From Podarcis filfolensis (taxonomy: Eukaryota): 64,000 bases of DNA. The notes below the pieces were generated by a model that did no database searches, had not been told where the DNA came from, and was given only the letters and a program-made list of their open reading frames with translations. The stretch lies in the NCBI GenBank assembly GCA_964270895.1, contig OZ185438.1, one strand, 5' to 3'. The translations under genes were made by a program, and so were the position numbers. Below are positions 35,517 to 48,507 of this stretch, in pieces. Every line of letters starts with the position of its first letter. Positions within the stretch are counted from its first letter, which is position 1.

Positions 35517-36559
35517 AGAGTCTGAATACCTTCACTGTATCAGTAGCTAGAGCCAGCTGGGAGAGCTTCTTTCTAATAAGCTTTTAAAAATAATATTGGC
35601 TGGCTTGCAGTTAATATATATTTAGCAGAGTAAAAATAACTTGAAGCTGGAGTTTAACCTACCACCCATCATCTGTCTCATACAGATATCCCTAGCATTG
35701 CTTTAAAAAAAGAGTAACGTTAAATACATAGGAGTCCCGCTGGTAAAGAGAGAGAAAATGTTCCTTTACTTACAGTTACTTCAAATTCACAAGCATGGCT
35801 TTGGATTCTCAGTTAACATAATGAGAGGAGGTTTTCATGGCTGCCTCATGCAGCAGAAGAGGGAAGACAGAAGAGCAAACACGAGGAAGGGGAAGAGCTT
35901 AGGTGCTTGCTGGGAAACCCCAATGTGTATTTCTCCTCACTGTATCTGCAAGTTTCAACCCAGCCTTCCACTGACTGAAGCCACGCAAGGTTTGTATACC
36001 AGCACTTCCTACCACCATGCTAAACTGTGCATAGAACAGTATAAGAAGTCATAGCCCTGTTAATGCAAACACTGCGAAAAGCTACAGATTTAGTGTGCAG
36101 TGTTAAGCTTGATTATACATCTACTGTGTTGCCCACAATAGCCAGTCAATAACTGAACAGTTCAAAGGGTCTTATTTAAACATACCCTGTTTTCCACCCA
36201 CAATGGATCCACAATGCAGTGAATAATCATGACATTTATTTAAAAATACAACATTGATTTTTATATTTGCCTGCTATTATTTAAATGCTTAGTTGATGGA
36301 TCAAGCCAGGAATTAAAATGTATCTTGGGCAACCAGGTACTGAAATGCTAAGCTCTGTCCCACTGCCCACTGTACAATTCCCACACAGAGAGGCACATGT
36401 ACGCAAATAAATCCTGGAGGTGGGAATGTGCCACTGGCAGGCAATGGACACTCATGCACCAAGCTCTACCTGGAGCTGGGAAGGGAGAAAGCAGCAAATA
36501 CAGTATTTGTACTCTTCGTTGACTGGTGTTGGGAAGAAGTAAGAAAAAAAGGGATGAAA

Positions 36560-37470
36560 ACAGCATAAAAACTATGGCAGAGAGTAAAAACAACTGAACG
36601 CTAAAACAGATTAAAACAATTGGAAAAACCTGAAGGGTGGTGAAATGACATGCCTAGTGAGCCTATCTGGGGTTGATATTCCACAGCTGGGGTGCTACCA
36701 ATGAAAAGGTCCTTTCTCCCTTGTTGTTGTTGTTGTTGTTTAGTCGTTTAGTCGTGTCCGACTCTTCGTGACCCCATGGACCAGAGCACGCTAGGCACTT
36801 CTGTCTTCCACTGCCTCCCGCAGTTTGGTCAAACTCATCCTTTCTCCCTTAGCCACCCACAACACTTCACTTGGTGGGGACACTCTTAGAATGCCTTCCC
36901 AAGATATCAAAGACTACATAGTTGGTTTTGGAAAGAAGTGGTCCTAAAGGTACCCTGGTCCCAAGGCATGAAGAACCTTTAAGGCCAAAACCAGCACCTT
37001 GAATTGGACCTGGACTCTTACTGGGAGTCAGTTGAATCTGGTGACGCACTGGTGTGATGTCCTTGCATCACCCAGTCCCAAAGTCATACTTTGAGCTAGC
37101 TGAAGTTTTCAAAGACTTTTCAAAGGCAGCACCATGTAGGACATTTTGTCACAGCTCAAACAGAAGGCTACCAGGGCATGAGTAACTGAAGCAGGACTAT
37201 GCCTGTCCAGGGGAAATGACATCCCAGAAAAAACTGGCAAAAGGCGTTCAAGGTCATGGAGGCCACTTGTGTCTCCAGTAACAAAAGTGGGTTAATGAGC
37301 ACCCTCCTGACTACAAGCATGAACTTTCAGGGGAGCAATCTCCTTTAGAAGAGGCTGAACAAACAACTTAGCTAGGCAGAAAACCCACCAGCTAACAATC
37401 CATCTATCTTATCTGGACTGAGCTTCAGTTTATTGGCTATAATCCAGTCATTACCTCATCCAACCTATTG
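36560..37470 (-). mobile_element. Degenerate L2 LINE fragment hosting a BovB insertion
   Basis: ctttaaggccaaaaccagcaccttgaattggacctgg…actgggagtcag is the reverse complement of the L2 'HWLP…QFKVLVLTFKAL' region. Boundaries approximate. Confidence 0.65.
36722..36838 (-). mobile_element. BovB (RTE) LINE 3' end, about 117 bp
   Basis: (TTG)n then tttagtcgtttagtcgtgtccgactcttcgtgaccccatgg…; TSD cctttctccct (36711-36721, 36839-36849). Confidence 0.9.
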
Positions 37471-40400
37471 CATAATTTAAAACATAATTATGTAAAGCTA
37501 CATGTGAAAACTGCAGACAGCCTTGAATGTATTTCCTAAACATATGCCAAAGCATCTTAAACTCTTTTTTTAAAAAAATACCCTCCTCCATCCCAGCCAG
37601 CAGAAATAGCCGCAAAGCTTCCAAAGTTCCATTTCCTTTTTATTCCAGCTATCATTTGTTACATATTCAAATGAAACCAAATCAAAGTTAGTCTCACCAG
37701 AATTCCCACTGGTGCTTCAATTTTACTGCATCTTTAATAGCATGATGGACTCAAAATGCATGATATCGGTTTAGTATATGAATTTGTCCAACTCATAATG
37801 CTTGGCTGTATTACTAAACTGACCTTTTCTCTCTACAATTCTTCCTCAGATTGAAATTATCAACTCATCTTACATTGTCAGCATTTAGTTACCCTAGATG
37901 AAAGCAGTCAACAGTGAAGAACGTCTGAGCATGTGCCTAGAAAACAGCTGTCTGTGCGCAGGCCAAGCCCTCAGAACCAGCTGCTTCATAGAAGTGTCCT
38001 CAAAAGTTCTTTAACATTAACCTGTTAACTGTTGTTGAAACTCCCACCAATTGCTCAGAAACTACAGCTCTCTTTGGATGTTCCCTCCACACATATAGCT
38101 AATATGCAGGGCGGCATGACAGCACTGCCTGGCTCTGTTCTCCACATCACTTACCCTTACCATGTATTGAATGCAACACTAGCACAGAGTTCCTAACAGT
38201 ACGCATATTTTGACCTTACAGAGCTGCACTCAAAATGTGGATATCTAGAGGTGAGGGAGAAGGTATGAGCAGTGTCAGGGGTAGTGTCAAAATAACATGA
38301 CCCTGCTCCTTGTCAACTTGATAAGCCCTAAGTGTGGGTGGCAATATCTAAAGACAGGTTAGGTTAACATTTTAAATGTGTATAGGGACTGGCCTGACTG
38401 TAACACAACCTACTGATATTCAGCTAGTCAGGCTTCAAAGGGTGACCTTTGCCACCGTTACCAGAATTTATGGAAAGGTTGGGGGGGTTGCCCCTCCAGC
38501 GGACACCATACACCCCTCCCAACTACCAAAACCAACACAATCACTCCTGCAAATGTCCCCACAAAACACTCCATCACACAGTTTTTTCCTATCTCTTTTC
38601 AAAGGACGTCCGTTGCACATTACCAAATGCATCTATATACTGGCTCAATCGGAAAACTTTAGAAAGTCATATGAAATCACCCCAGTATCAGATTTGCGCC
38701 ATTCCAACTTTGTTCTGATCAGGAAGGAAATGGTTACCAAGGAGAGAGCCTGGGATGTGGACAGGGGCAGCCATAATCCCTGAAGCCTGAGACCACATAC
38801 TCAGCAGCCTCTTGCATGGGAGATAATTGCTGGCATCCTGGCCCTGAGTGCCAGACAGGTAGCCATTCCAGAGATAATAGTAAACCCAACCTCAATTGTT
38901 TAGGATCTTGATCAAGACAAAGGGGTGTGATTAACTGGACTGGGAGAAAAAAAACATGTACATACTCACCTTTTGTTTTACTTAATGGGTGTGAGGTGGA
39001 GGTCAAGGGAGGGATGGGGACAAACCTGATGCTCAGGTTTCTTCCAGAAGACCCCTCCCAGATTATGACATAGCTGTGATGTATATATGATGTACGTATT
39101 ATGCTTCACTAAGGGTGCTGTGGGTAAAAAGGGAAACTTATATAAAAAAGGAGCTATCCTTTGGTCTGGGCTCCTTTCTGCTTCTTCCATGTGGTAGTTG
39201 GAAGTCCTGTTGCAACAGTTCCTTGAATAAAGATCATAACCACCCTACAATCGAATCAGAAAGAATGCTAAATAAAGAGTGGACATTGCATAACCTCCAC
39301 ACAAGCTTTCTCAATAGCCAGGTCATTCTGGATTTCCTGCAAGTGGTAATAATGGGAGCACACAGCAATATCAGTATGTATTTACCAATATTTCACGGAG
39401 AGGTTATCTATGACTAATTATGGCTGATCTGTTCACAAAGCAGAAGCCTTTATGTATGTGATTAATTTAAAAGTTTTACAGTAAAATAGTCAATATGTTT
39501 TGTATGGGATGCAATGTAACCCCATCATCTCCAATATTTTACGGTCAGAACTGAAATGCAGACTTTTTAAAAAAAATTCTGGCCTCCTTAAGCTACTTTC
39601 CAAAGTAGCCAAAAGAAGATAGTAAGGAATGCCTTTGACCATTCTTCCTACTGAAATTAGTTTTTCTGATGGCACTTCTTAGGTCATATTATTAAACCAT
39701 TTAGTAAGCAGAGCAGTAATATCTAACAGGTTATTAAAGTAGCCTCTGAAAAGATGGCAGCTGAAAATGCATAATAGATTTCTCATAGTCTAATCACTTG
39801 CCGTATTTATTTTGCAACTTTCACAAGCTGATATTTTGTTATAAATTGTTAGCTAATTAATATAGCAGAACATAAAACTGTTGCAGGGTCAAGCTACTCA
39901 CATTACACTGTTTGATTGCAGCCCTACACATTTACTGGCCAAACAACAACAGCAAATATTTTCAGTGACGTTCAAATATGAGCTTATGTATTTATTGACT
40001 GACAAATCTATAGCCACACAAAATTCCTCACACATTAGTTACAATGAAGAGTACCCATCCACTTATTAAAGTGCAAAACTAAAATATTTAACTTTTGTGT
40101 TAGATAATGAGCAAGTTAATTGTATTTCTCACGAATATAAAATGTGTAATTACTGCTAATCTGCCTCATTTAAACTAAATTTTAATTATATAATTGCTGG
40201 GGAAAAAATTCTAATTTATGTAATGTATTAATGATACACAGTGGAGATAAACTGGCATTAGCAAAAACTTAGCATAGTCAATAACGAACAAAATTTAAAA
40301 TGAATAAATTAGCTGTGCAACAAGCTAACAAAGTCATTCACACTGAAACCTGTGCAAACAAATGCAAAAAGAAGAAGGTGTCTCTCTAAGTACTGAGACC

Positions 40401-42324
40401 TGGTCCACAACGAATACTTAACCAGCACATAGGAATCAGTGCTGGACTACACCATTGCACCCTCTCTTTCTCTGCATCTCAATCTTGCGCATGAATTTCC
40501 TATCTCCTCTACTCAGGTTTGACTGTTACATGAAAGTCACTTGTCCATGTTAAAATTAAGTCAGGGCCTCGCCTGCAGCACACATTTAAAGCAGTATCAT
40601 ACCACTTTCAATGTCCATGCTTCCCCCCACCCCAAGAAATTCAAACTAGAAATAGTTGCAGGTCCAATCTAGACTATATCAGGAGTGCCACTTTTTAAAA
40701 ATGACAAATGCAGCTATGGGTAGGATAGAAAGAGCACTAAGGGTGAATGCTGTGCCTCATGGGAAAAATGGCACCTCTGTGGTCCTGATCCAACCCCCTC
40801 CACACCACGTGGCTTTAAATATTAAAAAATGACACACAAAAGAGACCCAGTCACAAATTTCTTGATATCTCCTCTAGTTGTTCCTTGCACTTAACCCTTT
40901 AACATAATATAATATAATATAAACTTCAGGCATTTGGAGGCAGATTAGATTATGAATCAATGTAGTGTTTCCATTGTTCTTTGCAGCACTGCTCCCATAC
41001 ATTTAACACTTTTGCCCCTTTCATTCTGTGTACAATCCTATAAATCCAAACTGAGGGGCCTGGAGTCTGACAACATCTGGAAGGCCACCAGTTCCCCACC
41101 CCGGCACAAACCAAGAGTGAACTCATTTTCTTAGCATGAATTCTTCTGTTGCCAAACCAGCACCACCCACCCACTAGGAAGGACCATCAGAAGGCATGGA
41201 GGAACACCAAGGTTTGCAGAAGTACATTAACAAAAGCCTATGGGAATTATTTAAAAATAACAACACCAAATTGAGACTGATCATGCTCAGTGGGCAGAGA
41301 ATGCTGAAAAGTTTTGTTGTTGTTGGGATTTTTGCGGGGGGGGAGAGGACAAAATATCATGGGGGGAGGGGAGGCATAATATGGAATTTCCTGGACAAGG
41401 GCATGACCTGGATCTAGAACAGGGGCATTCCATACTGCAACATTTTGTTGCAGGTGCCACCTGTGAAATCCTGGCAATGACTGTCCTTGTAACCATCAAC
41501 AGCGGTGTCATGTGATTGTATTTTCAGTTCCATTAACAGAGTAGCCCAGAGTTTAAGCTGAAATCCTAACCACTCTTGCTAAGAAATAGACCCTACTGAA
41601 CTCAGTAGGGCCCAATTCTGAGAAAACATGTATTGATTCAAATATTTCTGCACTGCCTTTCATATGCAATATACAAATTAATGTACAAAAACCAGAAAGT
41701 ACAGCAGAATTACAGTTTGGAATAGCATGGCCATGGCTAGGGCAATGGCAAATAATATGGACTGAACTATAAATTACATTTTTAAAAAGCAGGAGAGAGG
41801 TAATTAAGGAACTCTTAATATTGAAATCAATGGCTCTGAAAGGTGTTTAGCTTTACTGTGCCTGCCTTTTCAAGTGCAAGGGGCCACCGATATATACACC
41901 ACATCCACAGCTCTCCAACATTTCACTCACCTCGGTAACATCAGTAATTCCTCTGCAAGTGAAAATGTAAGTGTTCAAAAACCAAATAGCTTCGTGAGCC
42001 CCTTGAAATGTAGAGATGCAAGTATGCAGCTGTGACATATTGAACTATACAAGAGACATACCAATCCAGGGCACTGCTATTTTCTTCAGGGTCACCCTTT
42101 CCCCTTATTTGCAGACATCACACAAATTCTCAAGTAAGAAACCTGACAGCTCTGTCATCAGACTTTACAAAGCAGCTGATAAAACCTGACAGGGACAAGA
42201 ATTATACAATGGTTTGGCTGTGTTTTTAAGAAAAGGCTCAGATGTTTTGCATGCAGCTCTAATGGAAAACGTTGAAGGTTTTCCCATCTACTTGCCATAA
42301 TTTTGTTCATGCTCCGATACTGCT

Positions 42325-42356
42325 CTGCCCTCTGCTGGCCACTATGTGGACTTGCA
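42325..42356 (-). promoter_or_regulatory. CTCF site with core and upstream motif
   Basis: Minus strand TGCAAGTCC-acatag-TGG-CCAGCAGAGGGCAG. Core matches CCASYAGRKGGCRS at 14/14, with the upstream motif at canonical spacing. Confidence 0.7.
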
Positions 42357-43124
42357 AAAAAAGTAAAGAATCTGCAAAAAGCAGTGAATTTATTGATATC
42401 GAGGCTAAAAATTAGTATCCAAAATGACTAGCTGAAAAATGGTAGACCTTAAACAGTACTATAAGACCTGGTTTTAAAACTATGTTAAAATTCTTACAGG
42501 TCAAATAAAGCTTAAGTGTGTATGTTTATAGATCATCTTTATATGTACAAAAACACCACAATCTATGTGGATTTTACATACATGATTGCAGCTTTAGGCG
42601 AATTTTACGTGGGTGAGTGTAGCTTTATGCGGACTGCCAACCAAATAGAAATGGGGTAAGAAACCCTTGCTTACTGGGCTCTACTTTTAACCAAGCCATG
42701 CTGCAGAAACATTTGCACTACTTCACTGCTCATGGAGCTCAAGACCTGCTCATTATTGTGTTGTACGCCCTTGCCTTTCATTATTTAAACTTGCCCTGAC
42801 TTTGGGTCTTAGCTCTGCACACGGTGGAAGTTTCTGCTGCTGAATTTGAAGTGCCAATAATACAACTGACACTACTTTCTCCAACCTAGCAATGTGTGAT
42901 GCTAAATTAAAGGTATTGGACTGCATGAGACAATGCTGTCACTGGAGACATTTCATTTCAGGCACTCTCCCCCACCTCTTGCTCTGTCTGTAAACAGCAT
43001 GACAACTCCGTGCCATATCAGCTGTAATTAAATATCATGTTCATTTCCTCAAAAGGGCCCCAGATGTTAGGAACTGATGAGAAGGAATTAAATTATTCAA
43101 AAAGCTATAATCTATACTGTATAG

Positions 43125-43440
43125 CAGGGGTCAGCAATTTTTTTCAGCAGGGGGCTGGTCCACTGTCCCTCAGACCTTGTGGGGGGCCGGACTATATTTT
43201 GAAGGGGGACGAATTCCTATTCCCCGTAAATAACCCAGAGATGCATTTTAAATAAAAGCACACATTCTACTCATGTAAAAGCACCAAGCAGGCCCCACAA
43301 ATAACCCAGAGATATATTTTAAATAAAAGGACACATTCTACTCATGTAAAAACAGGCTGCTTCCTGGACTGTCTGCAGGCCGGATTTAGAAGGCGATTGG
43401 GCCGGATCCTGCCCCTGGGCCTTAGTTTGCCTATCATATG
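43125..43440 (+). mobile_element. hAT-type MITE with internal tandem duplication
   Basis: TSD ctgtatag/ccgtatag (7/8); same family as 25662-25971. Confidence 0.88.
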
Positions 43441-43659
43441 CCGTATAGGAAGAAAATAAGCTTCATAGCAAAACAAACAGAAATGACAACTTCAGAATAT
43501 GCCACTTCTGCTCCTTGCTCTTGACTAACAAAAAATCAGCAGTGATCTAATCAAATGACCAGAGATGCAACATCTTATTTCAAGACTGATAATTTACTGC
43601 CCCCAGTCTTAAGAAAATAGACAGCTGTGTTACACCAGGCTGAACCATTCATCCACCTA

Positions 43660-43800
43660 GCTTGGTCAGCAGTATTGCCTATGCTGACTGGTAGTGGCTT
43701 TCCAGGTTTTCAAGACAATCTTACCTGGAGATGCCAAGGTTTGAACTTGGGGCCTTCTACATGCAGAGAGTGATGGGCTATGCCACCAAGCCACAGCCTC
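43660..43800 (-). mobile_element. Degenerate tRNA-derived SINE
   Basis: ggagatgccaaggtttgaacttggggccttctacatgcagag… is the reverse complement of a tRNA-Ala-like head; a related copy lies near 49200-49320. Confidence 0.5.
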
Positions 43801-44210
43801 TTCTTTTGCTTGTGTGTATATTCCTTCTGCTACCTTTCCCCAGAAAGAGTGATAGGGAATGAAGTTATATGCAGCTTCAACAGCAGGACTGAAGAGAAGT
43901 AAAAGCCATGTGTGGTTGGAAGAAGCTTCTTAGAAGCTCTCCTTCACAAGTCATTCTAAGCAGGTGTTCTTACAAGTGGCACAGGAGAAAAGATCATGGA
44001 TGCTATTTCTCTTGACAATGTGGGAGTTACAGAATGAGTGGGACGCCCCACTTCCAAATATCACAGGACTGGCTTAGCTCCCCCCCCCCTTTGTTCTGTT
44101 TTGTTTTTACTTTAGAGCTTTCCCCATGATAACCCATACTTTAAAGCTGAATTGGAGCAAACGACAATCTGTGGAAAACCCGAACTGCACAGAGCTTCGA
44201 AGTGCAGATA

Positions 44211-44561
44211 GGGACGTGGGTGGCGCTGTGGGTCAAACCAGAGTGCCTAGGACTTGCGATCAGAAGGTCAGCGGTTCGAATCCCCGTGACGGGGTGAGCT
44301 CCCGTTGCTCGGTCCCTGCTCCTGCCAACCTAGCAGTTCAAAAGCATGTCAAAGTGCAAGTAGATAAATAGGTACCGCTCCAGCGGGAAGGTAAACGGCA
44401 TTTCTGTGCGCTGCTCTGGTTCACCAGAAGCGGCTTAGTCATGCTGGCCACATGACCCGGAAGCTGTATGCTGGTTCCCTCGGCCAGTAAAGCGAGATGA
44501 GCGCCGCAACCCCAGAGTTGGCCACGACTGGACCTAATGGTCTGGGGTCCCTTTACCTTTA
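44211..44561 (+). mobile_element. Full-length Sauria SINE
   Basis: gggacgtgggtggcgctgtgggtcaaacc…ccctttaccttta; TSD aagtgcag (44200-44207, 44562-44569). Confidence 0.92.
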
Positions 44562-46499
44562 AAGTGCAGGCCTGTGTATGGAAAAAGCGGGGCAAACCGT
44601 AAGTGTGGATAAACCCGGAGTGAAGTCATATTGAGCACTAAGAAGTTCCAAAAGTGACCTTTTCTACTCTCCTTGCATCTCTGCCAATATATGGATGACA
44701 AGATCATTTTGAATGATTAAATAAGAATGCACTTGCATTTCGTGATGTAGCCCACAATATAGTTGAGAAGTACAGGGGAATCCGAGAAGCATCGCCATTG
44801 CCTGGAAAGCATGACACCACACATGATGTTGAGCTGAGAAGGGGAAAGAGTAGGTGGATCACCGGAGGCAGTGTTTCTACACTGTTTGCAAGGAAGGCAC
44901 CTGTCCATTGTTCTGAGTGATGACTGACTATATTGATATGAATCTTTTTGAACCTAAGTGAAGTGTGCCTCCTGAAAATCTATCTAGAAAGAAAAACACC
45001 ACCTTGTGCCTCAGATATTAAAACTCTAGGAAATGCTGTACTATTATGTTCCCTTATTAGACTGGCTCTTGTACATTATTGTCATGTATGCCTCAGCTAG
45101 GGTTCATGTTTTAAATAGTGCCATTCCACAAGCAGCCTATGACAATGTGCTTGGATGTGTTGAAAGAACAGAAGATTTCCATACAACATTACTGAGCACA
45201 CATCCATCCACATTTATGTCACACCTGGTTTCCGTCATAGCCTAGGTGACAAGCATAGCAATGAAAGGTTTGATACAACTGGGAGTTTCATAGCCTATAG
45301 AATGACCAATATTTCACACCTAGGTTACAGGAAAACTATTATAAAATGGATATTGACAGAGACGGATTGTCGACGCTGTAATATAATCTCATGGCTTTGA
45401 TGATCTCAAACCTCTTGAGCATCATTTCACAGTTTATGGTACAGTATCATCACAATCCCTCAGAAGAATTACAGCTTTCTAACTAATCTCTCCCTATCGG
45501 TTACATGATATGGAAGCCATGAAGCTCAAATACAAAGAGGCTATAGTATGAATGATTGCACTCAGGTCTCTTCCCCCCACCCAACAATATTTGTAAGTCT
45601 GGGAGTGATAAATGGCACATGAGTTATAAACGAGCAACAAGGTCAGAGCAACTGAAAGCAGGGAGTTCAAAGAAGTGCCACCATTTTAGAGAGTTCAAGA
45701 AGAGGCCACAGACTGACATTGTTCAATTATTCTTGAGGGGGAGGCACAAAATAATAAAAGACAGCAAGCTGATGAACAATAATGGCTTGTCACTGATAAG
45801 CACTGCACAAGTTAGGATCACTTCACTGATGATTATATTTTTCCTGCAAAGGTAAAATAAAGGAAAACACCCCCACATTTGTACATTATCATTAGTGATT
45901 ATTGCATAGATCAGCTTTACCCCACATAAACTGGTTTGGGACTTCCTCCAGCTCAGAGTATACACACAATCAACACATGTGCAGAATTTTCACACATGAG
46001 GGTGCACATGAGACTTTTCCTCCCTGCCCCACTGTCTACTCTTACAAAGGAAAGCCTATATGTGAAGAGGCCTTTAGAATTACTTTGATGAACAGAACCA
46101 TGATAACTGTCATGTTTAATGACTTTGGGGCAGAAAAATGAATGCTTTTCTTAACAACATGCTATTTGTTATTCTCTGTTTTCAGTTGCTTGATTTGCAC
46201 ACCACACCAAGCCAAAATATGAGTTAGCACAACTGTGCAAGCTCTAGGAAAGGAGATATCAACAATTTTGCTCTACCTCCTGTTCTGTATGTTGCTTACC
46301 ATGCCATCCAAACCTGGGATCCTGGTTTAACTCTCATGGACAAACTGTGAGCCATAAACCATAGGAAAAGTCATATTACATAAACCATAGTTACAGCCAG
46401 TTAGGATGGATCAAAAAGCCTCCCTAAACAGTTGACACAATTGAAACACAAAGTAATTTATAATAATACATTTCACACTGTAGAGTAGTAGCAGTAATA

Positions 46500-46580
46500 A
46501 TAATAATAATAATTTCATTTTCTATACCCCACCCATCTGGCTGGATTTCCCCATCCACTCTGGGTGGCTTACAGAATATA
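46500..46580 (-). mobile_element. L2 3' tail fragment
   Basis: (AAT)n then tataccccacccatctggctggatttcccc…cttaca, the reverse complement of the tail at 55080-55137. Confidence 0.65.
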
Positions 46581-47308
46581 TAAAACATAATATAATCTAA
46601 AACTCAATATAATCCACACCTGCTAAAATTCCAGAGCTAATGTTAATATCAATAATTATCAATGCCTAAATTTAACACAGATTAGCCATGCTTAAGCCCA
46701 TCAAAATTGATTCAGGCCAATGAGTAGAAAGGTGAGTGCAAAAGCCCTATACACATATTATGCACACATTAAATGAGTTCTTTTGTAGCAGAGGTTTCTT
46801 GATCAAGTGTTGCATTAATGTATTTTTAATATAAGCCCTTGATAAAGGCAAGCATGCCAAAATGCATCAGGCATATTTACAAAAACAACAAAAAAGGGTA
46901 ATGGGGATGACATAGAGGTGGCAGGCTCCACTCTCTGCCTGTGTGTTTTCTTCAGAACATTTGTAAAGAGTTCTCTGATGGACAACTGAGCACATGTTGG
47001 GATGGAGCCTGTTGACATCATGTTGCACCACCAGTCTGTGCACATTCCTCAAATATATAAGAAACTGTATACATAGAGCTATTTTAAACTATTCAGTTCT
47101 CATAAATTTAACATAAACTTTTAGGATAATCTACACTCTTAGCAGCATATGCAAATTTTGAAAGCTTCTGCTCCTTCACTGAAAGATGGGTGAAGGGACA
47201 ATTAGCACAGGACAAGATACAGGCATGGGCACCCACAGAAATTTTTCCTGGGAGACAGAGAGCCAAAGTAAATATTTGAATTATGTCAACAAATATACGT
47301 AACTAGCA

Positions 47309-47723
47309 TGAGAGATGGACCATAAAGAAGGCTGATCGCCGAAGAATTGATGCTTTTGAATTATGGTGCTGGAGGAGACTCTTGAGAGTCCCATGGACTG
47401 CAAGAAGATCAAACCTATCCATTCTGAAGGAAATCAGCCCTGAGGGCTCACTGGAAGGACAGATCCTGAAGCTGAGGCTCCAATACTTTGGCCACCTCAT
47501 GAGAAGAGAAGACTCCCTGGAAAAGACCCTGATGTTGGGAAAGATGGAGGGCACAAAGAGAAGGGGATGACAGATAACGAGATGGTTGGACACTGTTCTC
47601 GAAGCTACCAGCATGAGTTTGACCAAACTGTGGGAGGCAGTGGAAGACAGGAGTGCCTGGCATGCTCTGGTCCATGGGGTCACGAAGAGTCGGACATGAC
47701 TAAACGACTAAACAACAACAACA
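47309..47723 (+). mobile_element. BovB LINE 3' end, about 415 bp
   Basis: Encodes WTIKKADRRRIDAFELWCWRRLLRVPWTARRSNLSILKEI…QYFGHLMRREDSLEKTLMLGK with internal stops; tail ctaaacgactaaac(AAC)n. Confidence 0.93.
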
Positions 47724-48140
47724 GACAACTGCTATACCATTTGGTGTCGATCTGGTATTTGTGACAGATTGACAATGAGGCCTGGGTAGATCAGGCCTCA
47801 GAATAGCTAGTATTATAAGTTTCCACCTCCCTTATTTTTCAATGGATAGTCTGGTTCTTCAACCACAGATAGACCTGCTGTCCTAATTATGCCCTTCAGT
47901 TCTTTCCCTGGCTTCCTCCATCATGTAGTACTACAACAATCAGCTTTACATCAAAACACTGCATCTCCCGATCCAAAAGCGGGATGTGGGGGGGGGGGAC
48001 CCAGGATAAACAGCACTGGCCAACCTGCCATACTCTAGTTCTCTGCTCCCTGTTTCAAAATGGGTATGACAATACTGGGTTACTTTGGAGGACTGGTGTG
48101 ACCCATGCACAGCCCTCCTCCCTGTGATGCAGATATAATA

Positions 48141-48234
48141 CAGGCATACCTCATTTTATTGTGCTTCAGTTTATTGTGCTTCACAGATATTGCTCCTTAC
48201 AAGGACATGAGTACAGCTGCAGGCAACCCGGCCA

Positions 48235-48294
<60 letters not shown>

Positions 48295-48507
48295 TGGAGC
48301 TAACTAGAGCTGCAACTTGTTTTTTCCCTTCCTGCCTCTGCAGCCATGGGGCACTAGCTTTATAGGCTACAGGGCTACAGTATGGTGTAAAAATAACTTT
48401 TATATGCACTGGAAAACCAAAAAGATTCTGTGACTCGCTTTATTGCGATATTTGTTTCATTGTTGGTGGTCTGGAACCGAACCCACAATATCTCCTAGGT
48501 ATGCCTG
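48141..48507 (+). mobile_element. Tigger1-like non-autonomous element with an internal (CA)n(GA)n tract
   Basis: 11-bp TIR CAGGCATACCT…AGGTATGCCTG; left TA present, right TA absent; both ends resemble the mammalian Tigger1 consensus as recalled. Confidence 0.8.
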
